Shown here: in pieces, positions 49,532 through 63,742 of the stretch | Numbering within the stretch: the first letter of the stretch is position 1 | Layout of the letters: each line of letters starts with the position of its first letter | DNA from: Octopus sinensis | Lineage: Eukaryota | DNA length: 64,000 nucleotides | Direction of reading: 5' to 3' | NCBI RefSeq assembly: GCF_006345805.1 | Contig: NC_043001.1 | Coordinates: 82,274,001 to 82,338,000, forward strand | Made by a program: the position numbers and the translations under genes | Notes under the pieces: model-generated | Databases searched by the model: none | The model's input: the letters and a program-made list of their open reading frames with translations, nothing else | Told to the model about the DNA's origin: nothing

Positions 49532-50382
49532 AAATGATATTTTGAACTAATACTGCTTTTTTCGCTGATAACAAATGTGTAGAATGTTTCTTCATCATAG
49601 GTGTGTTTAAACAATACCGAGCTACTGTTAAACTATTTCAGTAGCAACCTTTCCTAACCTGTGGTAAGGAAAGATTTGTTATTTCAATTTAGTCCGTAAT
49701 AAAACGTCAGTTTGAAGTCAACGCTTCTGTATAAAGAGCATATATCATACATTTGAGGTTATGAGAACATACACTATAATTCGATCTTAGCGAAACAGCC
49801 TTCGAAGAAAACTTTTAAGTCGTTTGAAAGAGTGACCAAATATCCTTCAGATTTCCCAAGAGCAGACAATGTATTCCTAGCATTCCAAAAAAGACGAGAT
49901 GCTCACTTAAAACCGCTTTAGGTAATGCATGTGTTTGATCAAGGCCGACCAAATGCTAAACAATTAAATCAACAGCAACAACAACAGCAACTGCAGCAGC
50001 AGCAACAACAACAACTTTCTAAGCATGACAGTCTAATCACAGTTACTATTTATTTAAGAAGGTTCTCTGTCGCTTGACGACGAGGATCGTTTTTCAGTCA
50101 ATTGAAATTATTGAGTTAGTAACGAAACATTGCACAGGCCCTTAACATAGTTCTGATATAGGGCTCAACACAATACATCAGATAACAAGGCTGTACCTTT
50201 TAAATTGCGGGTACAACCCACTCGACGGGTATTTGCACACTCACAAAGTATTGTTCGACCCCGAAATTGTAGGAAATCACGTTTGCTCAAGATTCGATGC
50301 AGTGAGATCGAACCCGTACTGGTACTTTTTGGTTATTTCAACCCCATCTCCCTCCGTTTTATGAAAAATATTAGTACTTTTG

Positions 50383-50800
50383 GTTACTCTCTCTTTACTC
50401 TTTACGCTTTTACTTGTTTCAGTCATTTGACTGCGGCCATGCTGGAGCACCGCATTTAGTCGAGCAAATCGACCCCAGGACTTATTCTTTGTAAGCCTAG
50501 TACTTATTCTATCGATCTTTTTTGCCGAACCGCTAAGTTACGGGGATTTAAACACACCAGCATCGGTTGTCAAGCGATGTTGGGGGGACAAACACAGACA
50601 CACAAACTTACACACACACACATTCATATATATATATATACATATATACGACGGGCTTCTTTCAGTTTCCATCTACCAGATCCACTCACAAGGCTTTGGT
50701 CGGCCCGAAGCTATAGTAGAAGACACTTGCCCAAGGTGTCAGGCAGTGGGACTGAACCTGGAACAATGTGCTTTGTAAGCAAGCTACTTACCACACAGCC
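50383..50800 (-). mobile_element. SINE family A
   Basis: Direct match to family A. Confidence 0.87.
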
Positions 50801-51873
50801 TACGTCTCTCCCTTGGTTATCTCTCCCAACTAAAAAAGTTGTTTAACCCTCGATAAAACGAAACAAAAAATGAAAAAAGTAAACACGAAAACTGAAAAAA
50901 TTAAACATTTTATTGAATCTAACATTTTTATAACAAATTCTACCATGCTTATTGAGAAGGCCAAAAGTCAACAATGTGTTGAAGTATTGAATCAAAAAGG
51001 ATCCAGCATTTTAAATTCAATCTCCTGTCGCCACGTGAACTCAACTTTTTTAGTGGGGTGATAATCCAATTTATTACTGGCAATTTTTTAATGAGGGTGA
51101 GATAACCAAAATGTACCCCCAGGCCTTCTAGGTTGCGAAGCGAACTTCTTAACCACTTAGCTTAGGTAGATGTGTATGAAATAGTTCTTTCTAATTCTGG
51201 CACAAGAGCCGCAATTTTGAAGGGAAGGGGAATGTTGATTATATCGACCGCAGTACTTGATTAGTACTTCATTTCATCGACCCCCCCCCTCAAATCATGC
51301 TCCACTACACACTGATAACTGCATAAGCTTGAGCTGAGTTCCCTGCATATAAGAGGGAAAAAAGACGGCTCGCTTACGGTTGGAGCGCCTTTGATCGTAG
51401 CTCTCGCCGATCAGGCCAGACGTAGGACGGAACAACAACAACAACAACGAAAACAACAACAACAAAAGCAACAACACTATGTTATGTTGAAGTCAAAAAA
51501 GGATCGGCTCTTTGTGTCTAGACAGCTGACATGTTTCAGAAATGAAATAGGCTGACGGCAGTGATGGGCTGAACTAAGTGGTGGACTGTTTTATCTCGAC
51601 TCGTTTAGAAATATAAAGAAACATAAATATATTCTTTTTCAATAGAAAATACAGAAGGTTTCATTATTTTTTATTATGTTTTTTTCTTTTTATTTGGTAT
51701 GGTTTAGCAAGCTTTTCCTTTCACAGACACTCCTACAAATGTCGTCTTTCAAATATCATTTCATAGAAGATTTCATAAAATGCTAAGCTGTATAGAAGCC
51801 ACCTCAATGCATATTGTAAGTTTTCTACGCACAGATATTAAATTACACGCACGCACGCACACACACACACACA

Positions 51874-51913
<40 letters not shown>

Positions 51914-52257
51914 GCAAAACGCACACATATATGCTCTCTCACACACACACATATATATATATGTAAGTTTCACCTGAAAAAGAACTCAGTACATAAAGTA
52001 GAGTATGAAAATTATTTCTACTTGGAAAATGGTGCCAAGGACACCAATGTTTTGCCGACAGGCGATTTCATCATACATGTATGCATATGTGTGTGTATGA
52101 GTGTGTGTGTTTGTGCATGTGTATATATAAATACATGTGTGTGTATGTATGTATGTATGTATGTATGTATGTATGTATGTATGTATGTACGTATGTATGT
52201 GTGTATATGTATTTACATTTATAAATACATACAATATATATATATACATATATGTAT

Positions 52258-52318
<61 letters not shown>

Positions 52319-52377
52319 ATGTATTTACATATATACATACATACAGTATATATGCATATATATATATAATATATATA

Positions 52378-52418
<41 letters not shown>

Positions 52419-52806
52419 CTAGCAGTATCGCCCGGCGTTGCTCGGGTTTGTTTCGACCCGCTGGAATTGGAATTTTTGAAAAGTAAAAATTTTGCATTAT
52501 GTAGCTTGTTATTCTCTTCAAGTGAACATTTTTCTGGTTGAAATACACCGAAAAGTGGCGACACAGCAGTGAAAAAATCGTAAAAAATAGGGATTTTCAT
52601 AGAAAAAAGCACCTTTTTGATGTAAATAAGTTTTGGTGTTAACATGGTCCGATTTGAATTTTATCTTCTACAGAAGGAAGAGCAACCCTTCTATCATACT
52701 CTCAATTTTGGTCAACTTGCGCCGCAGGGTCTCGGAGGAGATAGTGTTAGTTGAAGGCTACCAAACCTGGCGCACACAGACAACTTCAGCTTTATATATA
52801 GAGAGA
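52419..52806 (-). mobile_element. Non-autonomous Helitron
   Basis: Minus strand: A|TC start, subterminal hairpin CCCGAGCAACGCCGGG, terminal CTAG|T, no TSD. Confidence 0.82.
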
Positions 52807-52945
52807 TAACACACACACATTAATACACATACATACACACACACATACATGTATGTATGTATGGATGGATGGATGTATGTATATATGTACATCTGTCCAC
52901 TTCTTGCCATATTTTTATCCTTCACTTCCTACACACACACACACA

Positions 52946-52976
<31 letters not shown>

Positions 52977-53499
52977 CCACACACACACTCACACGCACAC
53001 ACACACACCCACACACACTCACACGCACACACACACACACACACGCACACACACACACACCTTCTTAGCTTACAATTTTCCTTCAACAATTGACACTGTC
53101 ATATATGTATATGTTTGCGTGTCTATGTGTGTAAAGAGAAAGTGGGAGAAAGTGTGGTAATAGGCGGAGTAAAGCCTTTGAAGTGAGAGAGGGAAATCGT
53201 AAAATATTGAGTTTTCTCGGATTTTTGCATAATTGTGGGTCAAATTGAAAGAAATTTATATGCCATGACCGAATAGAATGTACTTCGAGAAATCATAGGT
53301 AAATTCCAATTGAAGAAATTGTGTGAGGAGTAAATCGTTATGTATTTATTTGTTTCTGTTTGCTCTGTATTTTTTTGAGTAGTGGTTTAAGGTACACTTG
53401 CAAAGAGAAAGTAGGAGAAAGTATGGTAATAGCAGGAGTGAAGCAGTTGAAATTAGAGAGGCAAATCGTAAAATATTTACTGCTAATTTATCTCTTTCT

Positions 53500-53740
53500 C
53501 CTCCTCTGTCTATAAATTGCCTTTGACGTTATATCTAGTAACGGTTTAAAAAAAAAATAACTTGCCAGCGTTCTCTTCATTATATAAGCGGTCATCACAT
53601 TCTGTTAAAATATCTTGTTGATGTCTTTGGTTTCTTTTTTTTCCCTGATGAGAAGATTGCATTGTTTTACATCATCTTATTTCTTCTGCAATAATACCAA
53701 TGTTTTCTTCGAAACATATGTCGGAAGTATAAAGATTTGA
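53500..53740 (+). mobile_element. Solo Penelope-type pseudo-LTR
   Basis: CTATAAAT (53510), AGCGGTCATC block shared with the 1341 element, intact HHR, ends in (TA)n. Confidence 0.7.
53641..53726 (+). ncRNA. Type I hammerhead ribozyme with intact core
   Basis: UUCC-CUGAUGA-GAAGA..CAUUG(insert)CAAUG..UCUUC-GAAA-CAUAUG-UC-GGAA; same ACAUAUGU palindrome as the 1394 HHR. Confidence 0.83.
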
Positions 53741-53742
53741 AT

Positions 53743-53790
<48 letters not shown>

Positions 53791-53839
53791 ATATACGTTT
53801 GTGTATGTATTATGCATGTATGTCTGTATATGGATAGAC

Positions 53840-54002
53840 ATAGCTGTGTGGTAAGAGATTTATTTCACAACCCATGGTTCAAGATTCAGTCCCACAGCTC
53901 GGCTTCTTGGGCAAGTGTCTTCTACTGTGGTCGCAGGCCGACCAAAGCCTTGTGAGTGGATTTGGTAGACAAAAACTGAAAGAAGTCCTTTGTGTGGTGT
54001 GA

Positions 54003-54041
<39 letters not shown>

Positions 54042-54340
54042 TATATATATATATATATATACATACATATATATTCATGCATACATACATGTGTGAGTAT
54101 GTGTGTGTGAGAGTGTGCGTATGTGTGGGTGTGCGTGTCCTTGCGTCTGTTTGTTCACTACCGCTTGACAACCAGTGTGTTTACAGCCCTGTAATCTAGC
54201 GGCTTGATTAAATGAGACCTATAGGACAAGTACCAGGCTTTAAAAAATAAGTAATATGGTCGATAGATTCGACTAAAAATTCTTCAAGGGGATGCCCCTG
54301 CATGGCCGCAGTCTAGTGATTGAAACAAGTAAGAGATAAA
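53840..54340 (+). mobile_element. SINE family A, diverged
   Basis: Head, microsatellite, body and tail. Confidence 0.78.
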
Positions 54341-54474
54341 ATATATCACATATATATATGCATATATATATAAATACATGCATGCATACATACATACATA
54401 CATACATACATACATACATACATACATACATACATGTATACATACATACATACATACATACATACATACATACA

Positions 54475-54506
<32 letters not shown>

Positions 54507-55600
54507 CAGGTTGTCCCCCAAAATGTATACTCACTTTAAATAATTGTAAAGTGGGTGTTTATTAAAGTACATTACATTTTCAAAATTTAATAGAATCTAC
54601 AGACATTATTTTATTGTTTTACCAACGCCTGTTTTCAAACTGATATCCGTTCTGGTTCAGACACTGCTGACAACGCGAAGTAATGGAATCGCAAACATCA
54701 CGACACAATTCGTTTGGTATTTGTGTACATTCTCGTTCAATGGCTGCTCTGAAATCAGGTTTCATAGCGTCGACTTCGTCTTTTAGGTATCCCCATAAAA
54801 AAGTCTAGTGGTCTGAGGTCTGGTGAACGTGGAGGCTATTCAACGAAATCCCTTCGTCCAATCCATCTGTTTGGTAAGATCTCATCAAAGAAGGATCTAA
54901 CATCACGATGGTAGTGTGGAAATGCTCTATCTTGCTGAAATTAAAAGTCCTCATCTTCAAAGTCTTCTCTAATGCTCGGCATGACAGACTGTTGCAGCAA
55001 GTTCAAATAAACGGGACCAGTCACAATAGCGTAAAAAAATGATCCAATTAATGCTCTTTATGATAAGCCAAACCGTAGTGTAACTCCTGGTAAATTGACA
55101 TGGTGCTCCACCATAACATGCTGATTCTCAGGTCCCTAGTAGATGCAATTGTGACGATTAATTGAACCATTTAATATGAATGTGGCCTCATCGCTCCACA
55201 CAATCTTTGTTGGAAAATGTGCAACTTCGAAACATCGTGCCAAGTACCACTCGCAATACTGTATACTTCGGTCTGAATCATCGTCATTAATAGCATAGAC
55301 TAATTTTGGAATGTAACTTTTCCATTGACAACGCTTCAAAATGCGTTAGGCAGGTGATTTTAAAATACCTATCTTACGGCTTGCTTCGTAATACGTTTCC
55401 AGCACTCCTTCTTGCTTTGTGGGGGCTATCGATTTTTGAGGTCTTCCGGAACGCTTCTTGTGGACATTCTGAGCAGTTCCATCGGCTTCAAACTTATCTC
55501 TAATTCGAGTGATGGTGAATCGCATTGGTGGATCGGTTTGAAACTCCCTTCTAAACTGTCTTTGCACTTCAACTGCGTTTTCACACTTCCAGCAGCATTG
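54507..55600 (-). mobile_element. rosa/DD41D-like Tc1/mariner relic, 5'-truncated
   Basis: VEVQRQFRREF...TITRIRDKFEADG...SGRP; [22 protein letters not shown]; RSPDLRPLDFFMGYLKD; TIR TA|CAGGTTGTCCCC. Confidence 0.8.
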
Positions 55601-56267
55601 CCATCATTAATACCAATGGGTTTAAAACATCAATTGATTTATCAGCTGCTAAAGTATGTATACATTTTTCGCACCGAAACACACACACACGCACACACAC
55701 ACAGATATATATATATATTAAATTTACATCTAATATAGGATAACATTTTCGAAAAAATGTTATCAATGGCCAGCATATTAAAAAAATACCTCTAAAGGTT
55801 AAATTTATAAGTTGTTTATAAATATATATATATATATGTATGTATGTATATATATAATTTTTGGTATATACCTGATGTGACACAAATTGCACAGATTAGT
55901 GCAACACAGTTGCATAAAATCCTACCTATAGCGGACAGTTTCAGAATGAGTCGAAACGATCGCCGTACTGAATAAAGACTAGTGTTAAATCTATCTTCCG
56001 TTTTATTCATCATTACTATTATATATCGTTGCTAATATGTTAAACTGCCGTATGTCCAAATTTTGCCAAATGTGTTTATTTTTAATATTTATTTTTGCTT
56101 GCAATAGCTGGTTATTTTGGTCAAACTATCGTATCTCCTGCTGTTTCGGATGCCAAGATATAAAAAATTGTCAAATTCTATTAGAACAGTTTTGCTATGG
56201 AATGACGAAACTATTTTTCGTTTTCTGAAAATGCAACGTTTTGGACTTAAACACTTTCGTATAATAG

Positions 56268-56325
<58 letters not shown>

Positions 56326-56534
56326 AGAGAGAGAGAGAGAGAGAGATACATATTTATGTATATATATATATATGGGGCGCATCTTGTGTATGCATATATA
56401 TGGTTATTATTAGTTTGTGTCTAAATAATATTAGATGACCAGTCCACGGTACCATGAGTTCAAGTCACGTGGAAGCAATATATTGTTTCACAGCCATATT
56501 CATTTCTTTTTCTTTATTTTTCTTCTTGTATTTT

Positions 56535-56625
56535 CTTTTCCTCACTGCCGGGGAGGCAGTGGATCGTTGAGAGCATCGGGGAATATATAGCATATGATGA
56601 AATACGTTCGAGCCCAATGGGAGAA
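56535..56625. repeat. ~90-bp dispersed repeat with a CACTGCC-GGGA-GGCAGTG hairpin; the second copy (58437-58925) is split by a SINE
   Basis: Direct alignment of the two loci. Confidence 0.75.
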
Positions 56626-57243
56626 CAATTTCTTATCCGTTTCACAATGTCAGATTAAACATTCGCTGCGAGAAAATCGTGATTCGTGATTTGGTTAGGA
56701 AATGACGTTTACCATCCTTCCAGACATTTTTCGCACTCAGAAACAGGTAGAAGAAAACAATCAGATGCACACACACACGAGCGCACGCACACACGCACAC
56801 AAACATACAGATATTTTAAAGAAATATAGGCTTTTAGTGTGTAAGTGCTTGTGTCTATATCATGTGTGTGGATATCATGTGTGTGGGTGTGCCCGCGTGT
56901 GCATATGTATGTGTTAAATGGTAACATATATGGTAATATATATCATATGAATATGTGATGGTATAGGTGTGCATAGGTGTGTATATATATGAATGTATAT
57001 ATATAGAGCGAGAGACACACACACATACACACACATATGTATATATGCAAGCATATATGTATATATTAGTTTAGATATAGTCATATAATCGCGTATGTAT
57101 ATATTTACACACACATATATACATATAGGTGTGCGTGTATGTGCGTGTGTGTATGTATATTTATTTATGGCTGCCCCCTCGTTATCGAGTATGGCCATTG
57201 CACGAATCTTAACAGTTACTGGTGCTGTATGTATATATGTGCG

Positions 57244-57277
<34 letters not shown>

Positions 57278-57916
57278 TGTAGTATGTATGTATGTATGTA
57301 TGTATGTATGTATGTATGTATGTATGTATGCATGCATGCATGCATGCGTGGCTTTCTCTGAGCAGAGCCACCCACACGACTGTACTGGTTTTATCTGGGC
57401 TATCCAAAACGCCTTCGTTCTATCTTATCTCAGATATTATTTCAAAGATTCGTTGGCTCTGATAAAATTGTGCCATATTTCTTCGACGACCAACCGTTTT
57501 TTACAAACACCTATCGACTATCTTCATCTGATACCCTCTTCTGGCCTTTCATGAAGATCAGCCGTTAAATCCAACACACGTAAGCACGGGGGTTGAGATA
57601 TACCAGCACGATAGCAAGAAATGGAACACTGCGCTGACATCACAGGAGTTCATTAGGATGAGTTCGTGTTTTCTTAAATTAGAACTTTGCCTTTAAAGTA
57701 TCTGTTCTATTTTTATTTTATTTTATTCTTTGCTAATTTATTTATTTATTCAATTATCTATGTCCTCATCCATCCCTATCTATCTACCTATCCATCTATC
57801 TAACTATCTGTATACTCACACACGCACACACACACACACACGCACGCACAAACACACTCAAAGTAAGCACATAAATACAAAAGAAGGTGGAAAAAATAGT
57901 ACTCGAACACCTAAGG

Positions 57917-57958
<42 letters not shown>

Positions 57959-57962
57959 TCTC

Positions 57963-58207
57963 TCTTTACTCTTTTACTTGTTTCGGTCACTTAACTGTGG
58001 CCATGCTGGAGCACCGCCTTTAGTCGAGCAAATCGACCCCAGGACTTATTCTTTGTAAGCCTAGTACTTATTCTATCGGTCTCTTTTGCCGAACACACCA
58101 GCATCGGTTGTCAAGCGATGTTGGGGGGACAAGCACAGACACACAAACAAACAAACACACACACACACATACACACATACATATATACGACGGGCTTCTT
58201 TCAGTTC
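57963..58207 (-). mobile_element. SINE family A, partial
   Basis: Tail and body, internally deleted. Confidence 0.8.
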
Positions 58208-58499
58208 CCAATATGCTTTTATTAAATTTTGTAGATTTAATAATATTTAAATATGATGATGGATTCTCTTGTCATGAACGACAAATGAGAATTCAGTAAA
58301 ATAAGGTAGTAATCCTGTTCTATGGACACGAATGCGTCTCTTGAGGCCTACTGGTGCCTTGCAAAAATTTTGGCAAATGGAACAAATTGAGGACTTAGTT
58401 TGCTTGAGTGCTTGTGGATCTTTTACTATGTTTCTTCTCTTTTCCTCACTGCCGGGAGGCTGTGGATCGTTCGATCATCAGGGAATATATGGCATATGA

Positions 58500-58882
58500 G
58501 TGGAGGCGCAATGGCCCAGTGGTTAGGGCAGCGGACTGGCGGTCATAGGATCGCGGTTTCGATTCTCAGACCGGGCATTGTGACTGTTTATTGAGTGAAA
58601 ACACCTAAAGTTCCACGAGGCTCCGGCAGGGGATGGTGGCGAACCCTGCTGTACTCTTTCACCACAACTTTCTCTCACTCTTACTTCCTGTTTTTGTTGT
58701 GTCTGTAATTCAAAGGGTCATCCTTGTCACACTCTGTGTCACGCTGAATATCCTCGAGGACTACGTTAAGAGTACACGTGTCTGTGGAGTGCTCAGCCAC
58801 TTGCACATTAATTTCACGAGCAGGCTGTTCCGTTGATCGGATGAACTGGAACAGTCGTCGTCGTAAGCGACGGAGTGCCAAC
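58500..58882 (+). mobile_element. SINE family B, full length
   Basis: Same head and tail as the 9797 copy; 13-bp TSD ATAT(G/A)GCATATGA at 58487-58499 and 58883-58895. Confidence 0.88.
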
Positions 58883-59941
58883 ATATAGCATATGATGAAA
58901 TGCGTTCGAGCCCAGTGGGAGAAAAAGCAAGGGGGAAAAAAAGCAAAGCAAGGCCTGCTTTGCTTTGTGCCACAAAACCACAATATGTGTGTGTGTGTGT
59001 GTGTGTGTGCAGAATAGTTTTCCTTTTAAACGTGTTAACAAACAAAAATATGACAATGTTTTACTTTCATTTTTAAATCTATTTCATATTTTCCTAAATA
59101 TTCTTTGAAGCTCCCAAGCCAATCGACACCTTTTTCTACATCTTCACAATAATATTTTCTGCAACTGGTTGTTACCGACGTGTGGTACTACATCTTACTG
59201 TAGTTAAAGCTAACTGCATCAGTGTTTGGCAATACCGACATAATTCAGAATTCTAATGTCAACTTTATATATCACGTGTGTGGAGCTCTAGTATTTTGTT
59301 CATTTTTGTAACTGCTATAAAACTGCTATAAGCTATCTGTATATTTATTTCAGTATTTTGCTGTGATTTAGATATTGCCTCCAGTATTATGAGTATGTTT
59401 CTGTGGGATTGTCCCCATATAGATGTGTCCTTTACTAATGATTGTTATCTAGATATTCTTTGTGTTGTGTAGTGTAGTATTTTGCGATCGTGCCTTGTCA
59501 ATGTATGGCGAACCAGTTATGTAATACCTTACTAGACTAGCCAAATAACAGTTTTCTTCCGTCAACCTGTACAAAACTGCACCTTCCATTTTTTGTTGTT
59601 TTTGTACTGCTTAAAGCCCCTTTTCTTTCCTGCCAAGCTTACTGTTTAAACCATGTTTGTGTTATCCCAGTCAACAGCCTTATCATTACTGGTACTTTAA
59701 ACTCTTCGGTTGCATATTTGTGTGAATAAAATCGTTTTTATTTGGAATAGAAAAAAGTCTATCTTTATTTCTTTTTTTTTTTTGCTAGTGTTTCACTTTT
59801 AGGTTAAATCAGTGTTTCTCAAAAAGGAGGCCTATGGGACGGTTGGACAAGTTGTTTAGAGAAAATTTGGCTTAAATGTTTGACAACTCATCACCGTCCA
59901 TTGGACGGGGGAGGGGCGACGTTTTTCTCCTACATACATAT

Positions 59942-60027
<86 letters not shown>

Positions 60028-60793
60028 TGTTTGTTCATGCCTTAACATTCACTTTGTTTTCTATTTGGGACATGAAAAACGCTACATAGAAGGCCCCTAA
60101 TGAAGAACTGTAGCTACTCTATTATTTTATTTCTGGATTGTTACTGACAGCGATACTTTCAAGCTATTCTTCTATTTATATAATTTGTTTCCTGCATCGC
60201 AAAAAGGCATATATAATTTGTCTTGTGGACACCAATATACCCTATTGCTGTATAGGCAGCAAATTATAGAGATAAAAGGATAGAGTAAGGATATTCCTGT
60301 CAGTAACAGGTCAGAAGCAACAGGTTCGTTCGTGTTCAAGATTTAATTATTAATAATGATATACAAATTTCAGGCTTAAAAAACTTCAAGACTCCAACAG
60401 CTGCATTGGTCATAAAGTACATTTTCCCACAGGCTTGCCATAAAGTTACAAGACGAAGCACGTGAAGTGAATTACATTTAAAAGTAGCATACATTACAGG
60501 AAAAATTAGATAACAATGCATTTATCTTACACAGAACCAACATAAAAATTGATGTTTAATGATGAAAGCAATTTCATAGAACAACACTAAAATAAACGAA
60601 TAGCTGATAATATTTAATTATATACACACACTATATACACATACACTAATCATATACCTCGATTAGAAATGTATATGCTAGCAGTTATGAGTTCGAATTC
60701 CGGTGATACTAACGAATATCTCATAAAACCATTTAATACTTATTGGCGATAAAACGTGCGTCAATAAATCAGTGGTAGAATATGCGTCAATGA

Positions 60794-60850
<57 letters not shown>

Positions 60851-61367
60851 AACGATGAGAAAGCGAAACTCTAAAATTATGTTTCAAACGGCAAGTAAGG
60901 AACGCATCCTTAAAAAACACAGTAAACTGAATCGTCAAAATGATAGAAATTGTGTTTTAATGTAACACAGACAAGACAGGAACACACGCCTAGCTAGTGG
61001 TGTGTACACATGCAGATGAATATAAAGGTATGTATGCGTGTATGTTTATATGCATTCATTTATGTTAATATTCATGGGAACGTGTGTGTGTGTGTGTGTG
61101 TGTGTGTGAATACATGTAAGTGTTTATTTTTGACATTTTAAGAATTTATACAATTTCGAGAGAACATGAAATAATTAATTTTGGAACAGTGGATTTCGAA
61201 GTACATAAAGTTTAAATTACGAATTGTAAGTATTGAGCCCTTAGGATTTTTCAACCCAATATTTACATGCTATTATTCATAGCTTTGTGTGCGTCGAGAT
61301 CCACTGCGTCCGAAAAGAATTATATGTGTGAGAAAGAGAGGAGAGGAGAGAGGGAGAGTGTGTGTAT

Positions 61368-61410
<43 letters not shown>

Positions 61411-61579
61411 TGTGTGTGTGCAGTTGTGTGTACGTGTGTGTGTGTATTCCGTTTAGCGAGAATGTTGGCCAGCACGTGGAGTGCCCATTATTCGAAATCA
61501 CAAAATGAGGGAGCGCATTGTAACTAGTGTAGTATAACAACATACTATAGTCTGGGCGATACAATGACGTATGTATGTT

Positions 61580-61616
<37 letters not shown>

Positions 61617-61623
61617 GTGTGTG

Positions 61624-61666
<43 letters not shown>

Positions 61667-61722
61667 CATGTATGTATGTAACATGTAACATGTAACTGGT
61701 AACATGTAACCCAGTACAACCT

Positions 61723-62165
61723 GTTGCATGGTCGGGTCGTCGGCGACTAAACCGGCAACCCAACCAAGCTTGCTTGGTGAGGAGGGTGTTTATTGGACAC
61801 CCTGCGGGATGAAAAACAAAACCCGTCAAAGGGCGGAGGAACTCTTGAGAGTCAAAGGCCATCCAATAAATGTCTTAAGGCTGTATCATGCGCGGGGACA
61901 TAAAAATAACCGGATTGAATACCCGATCGCACGGTTAAACCATTGGGAGTGAAGGACTCCTAGTCTTTGTTAGGGCATCCTTCTAAGAGAAGGTAACTCA
62001 GGTAACTGGGATAACTCCGACATAAAACCTGCGGCTCAGTGGTTACCGATGATGTTGACTTGTTCTTCTTTTCGGATTATGGCTGCTGTTGCACAGGCAT
62101 TGCACAATAACAACATTGGTTAAGCTGCGTGCAATGTCCATACTCGATAACGAGGGGCAGCCATC
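61723..62165 (+). mobile_element. Probable RTE LINE 5' UTR-derived segment
   Basis: GC-elevated non-coding block sharing its 5' structured motif with 12290-12465; the RTE assignment is from recall. Confidence 0.5.
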
Positions 62166-63059
62166 ATGTATGTATGTATACAGTAAAATTTATTTGCCAA
62201 TATAAAGTGGCTGTTCGATCTAAAACTATGTTACTACCTTCTAAACCTTAGGAAAACATCTTTCCTAGCTGGTTAACGACACACAACCTGTGTCTGATAT
62301 ATTGTGAGTAAGGGAGCGATCTACTTCTCTCTAGCTTTAGCAGGACCAGTAAGTCATGTTTTTTAGGTCTTTTCCCGTCATCGGTACTGGATACTTGTTG
62401 GCTAAAGATGATAGTCGTTACTATTCATATCTCATTTAGAGATTTTGAAACTAGCTTGTAACTCTCACTTTTCCTCCTCGTTTATCTCCCTTTCTCTTTG
62501 TCTCTGATTTTTCTAATCCTTCAATCCCGCTGCCTCTACCCCTCTCTCCTCCTTCCACGTGACCGGTGTCCGGCCTGCCATGATCTTTCTTTCTCGGCCT
62601 GACTGCCGACCGCCAACACCTATGTCCATCGATGTTCCTGCCTTTAGGCTTTCACTTTATACACGCCATCTCAATTTGATTCGTTCTCAGTCGAAAGACA
62701 CCTGTTGTTATATTTATGTTGTTTGTATCTGTAATTGTGTACCATGTTATCCGTTTTTTGTCTTTGTTGCCGTACACATTCGCTATCTTTCTTACAAAAA
62801 ATCTAATGCTCTTAGCTTAGACTTTTTTGGGGGGCAACCAGATCGAACTGTCTTAAGCGAAACTGCTCGAAACAGTAATGACTTCTGGTAACTTGACCGA
62901 GGAAAGAAGGCCACGAATGACCCCCTCTTTTCTTCCCTGTCCTTCTAATCGTTGTTTCTCTTGTCCGCCTTCGTATCATCTATCTGTCCGAATGCTTTAT
63001 TGTACTCTATTGTGCTTTTGTTCCATATATATATATACATGCATACATACATACACACA

Positions 63060-63091
<32 letters not shown>

Positions 63092-63103
63092 CATACATAC
63101 ATA

Positions 63104-63183
<80 letters not shown>

Positions 63184-63697
63184 AAATATCCAACGCTGCT
63201 CCCACGAAATTGACTTCTTTTTAACCTGTAATATAAGCGGTTTATAAGCGGTGTATTTGTGGATAGTTAAAGGTGATACTCAACTACTGGTGACGAGTCC
63301 AAAAAGGGAGGCAATTTACACTTAGTGTATAAAATGAATTGCTTACAGTCGTGGCAACGCACCGTGTTGGCTAAAACCTATAGATATATTCTTCGATACG
63401 TTAGAGCAACGAAAGGAAACAGTTAACACATCAATAGTTTATTATTAACACATGTTATTTATGTTATTTATTAGCTGTGAAGCTACGAGAGTGACTCGGT
63501 TGCTTGAGGCGATGTAGCAAGACACTTGTTGAGCACACGAAATTCTAGGCTTTTGATCCAAATCTCTAATTTCACGCATACGCACGCACATGCACACACA
63601 CACATATACTGACATAGATTGATGTATTCACCGAGCATTATTTTTCCCTTGGTAATTCAAATCCCTATACACACGCGCACATAAAATGTATGTGTGC

Positions 63698-63742
<45 letters not shown>

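Noticed and set aside
56535-56630. H/ACA or C/D snoRNA reading (ATAGCA, ACA, ATGATGA)
   Set aside because: The second hairpin is too short, ACA is not kept in the second copy and there is no D box.
59150-59720. Possible old LINE fragment on the minus strand
   Set aside because: Only scattered motif-like residues; too decayed to assign.
60420-60475. Possible micro-exon after TTTTCCCACAG (LAIKLQDEA)
   Set aside because: Too short to support from sequence alone, and no neighbouring exons were found.
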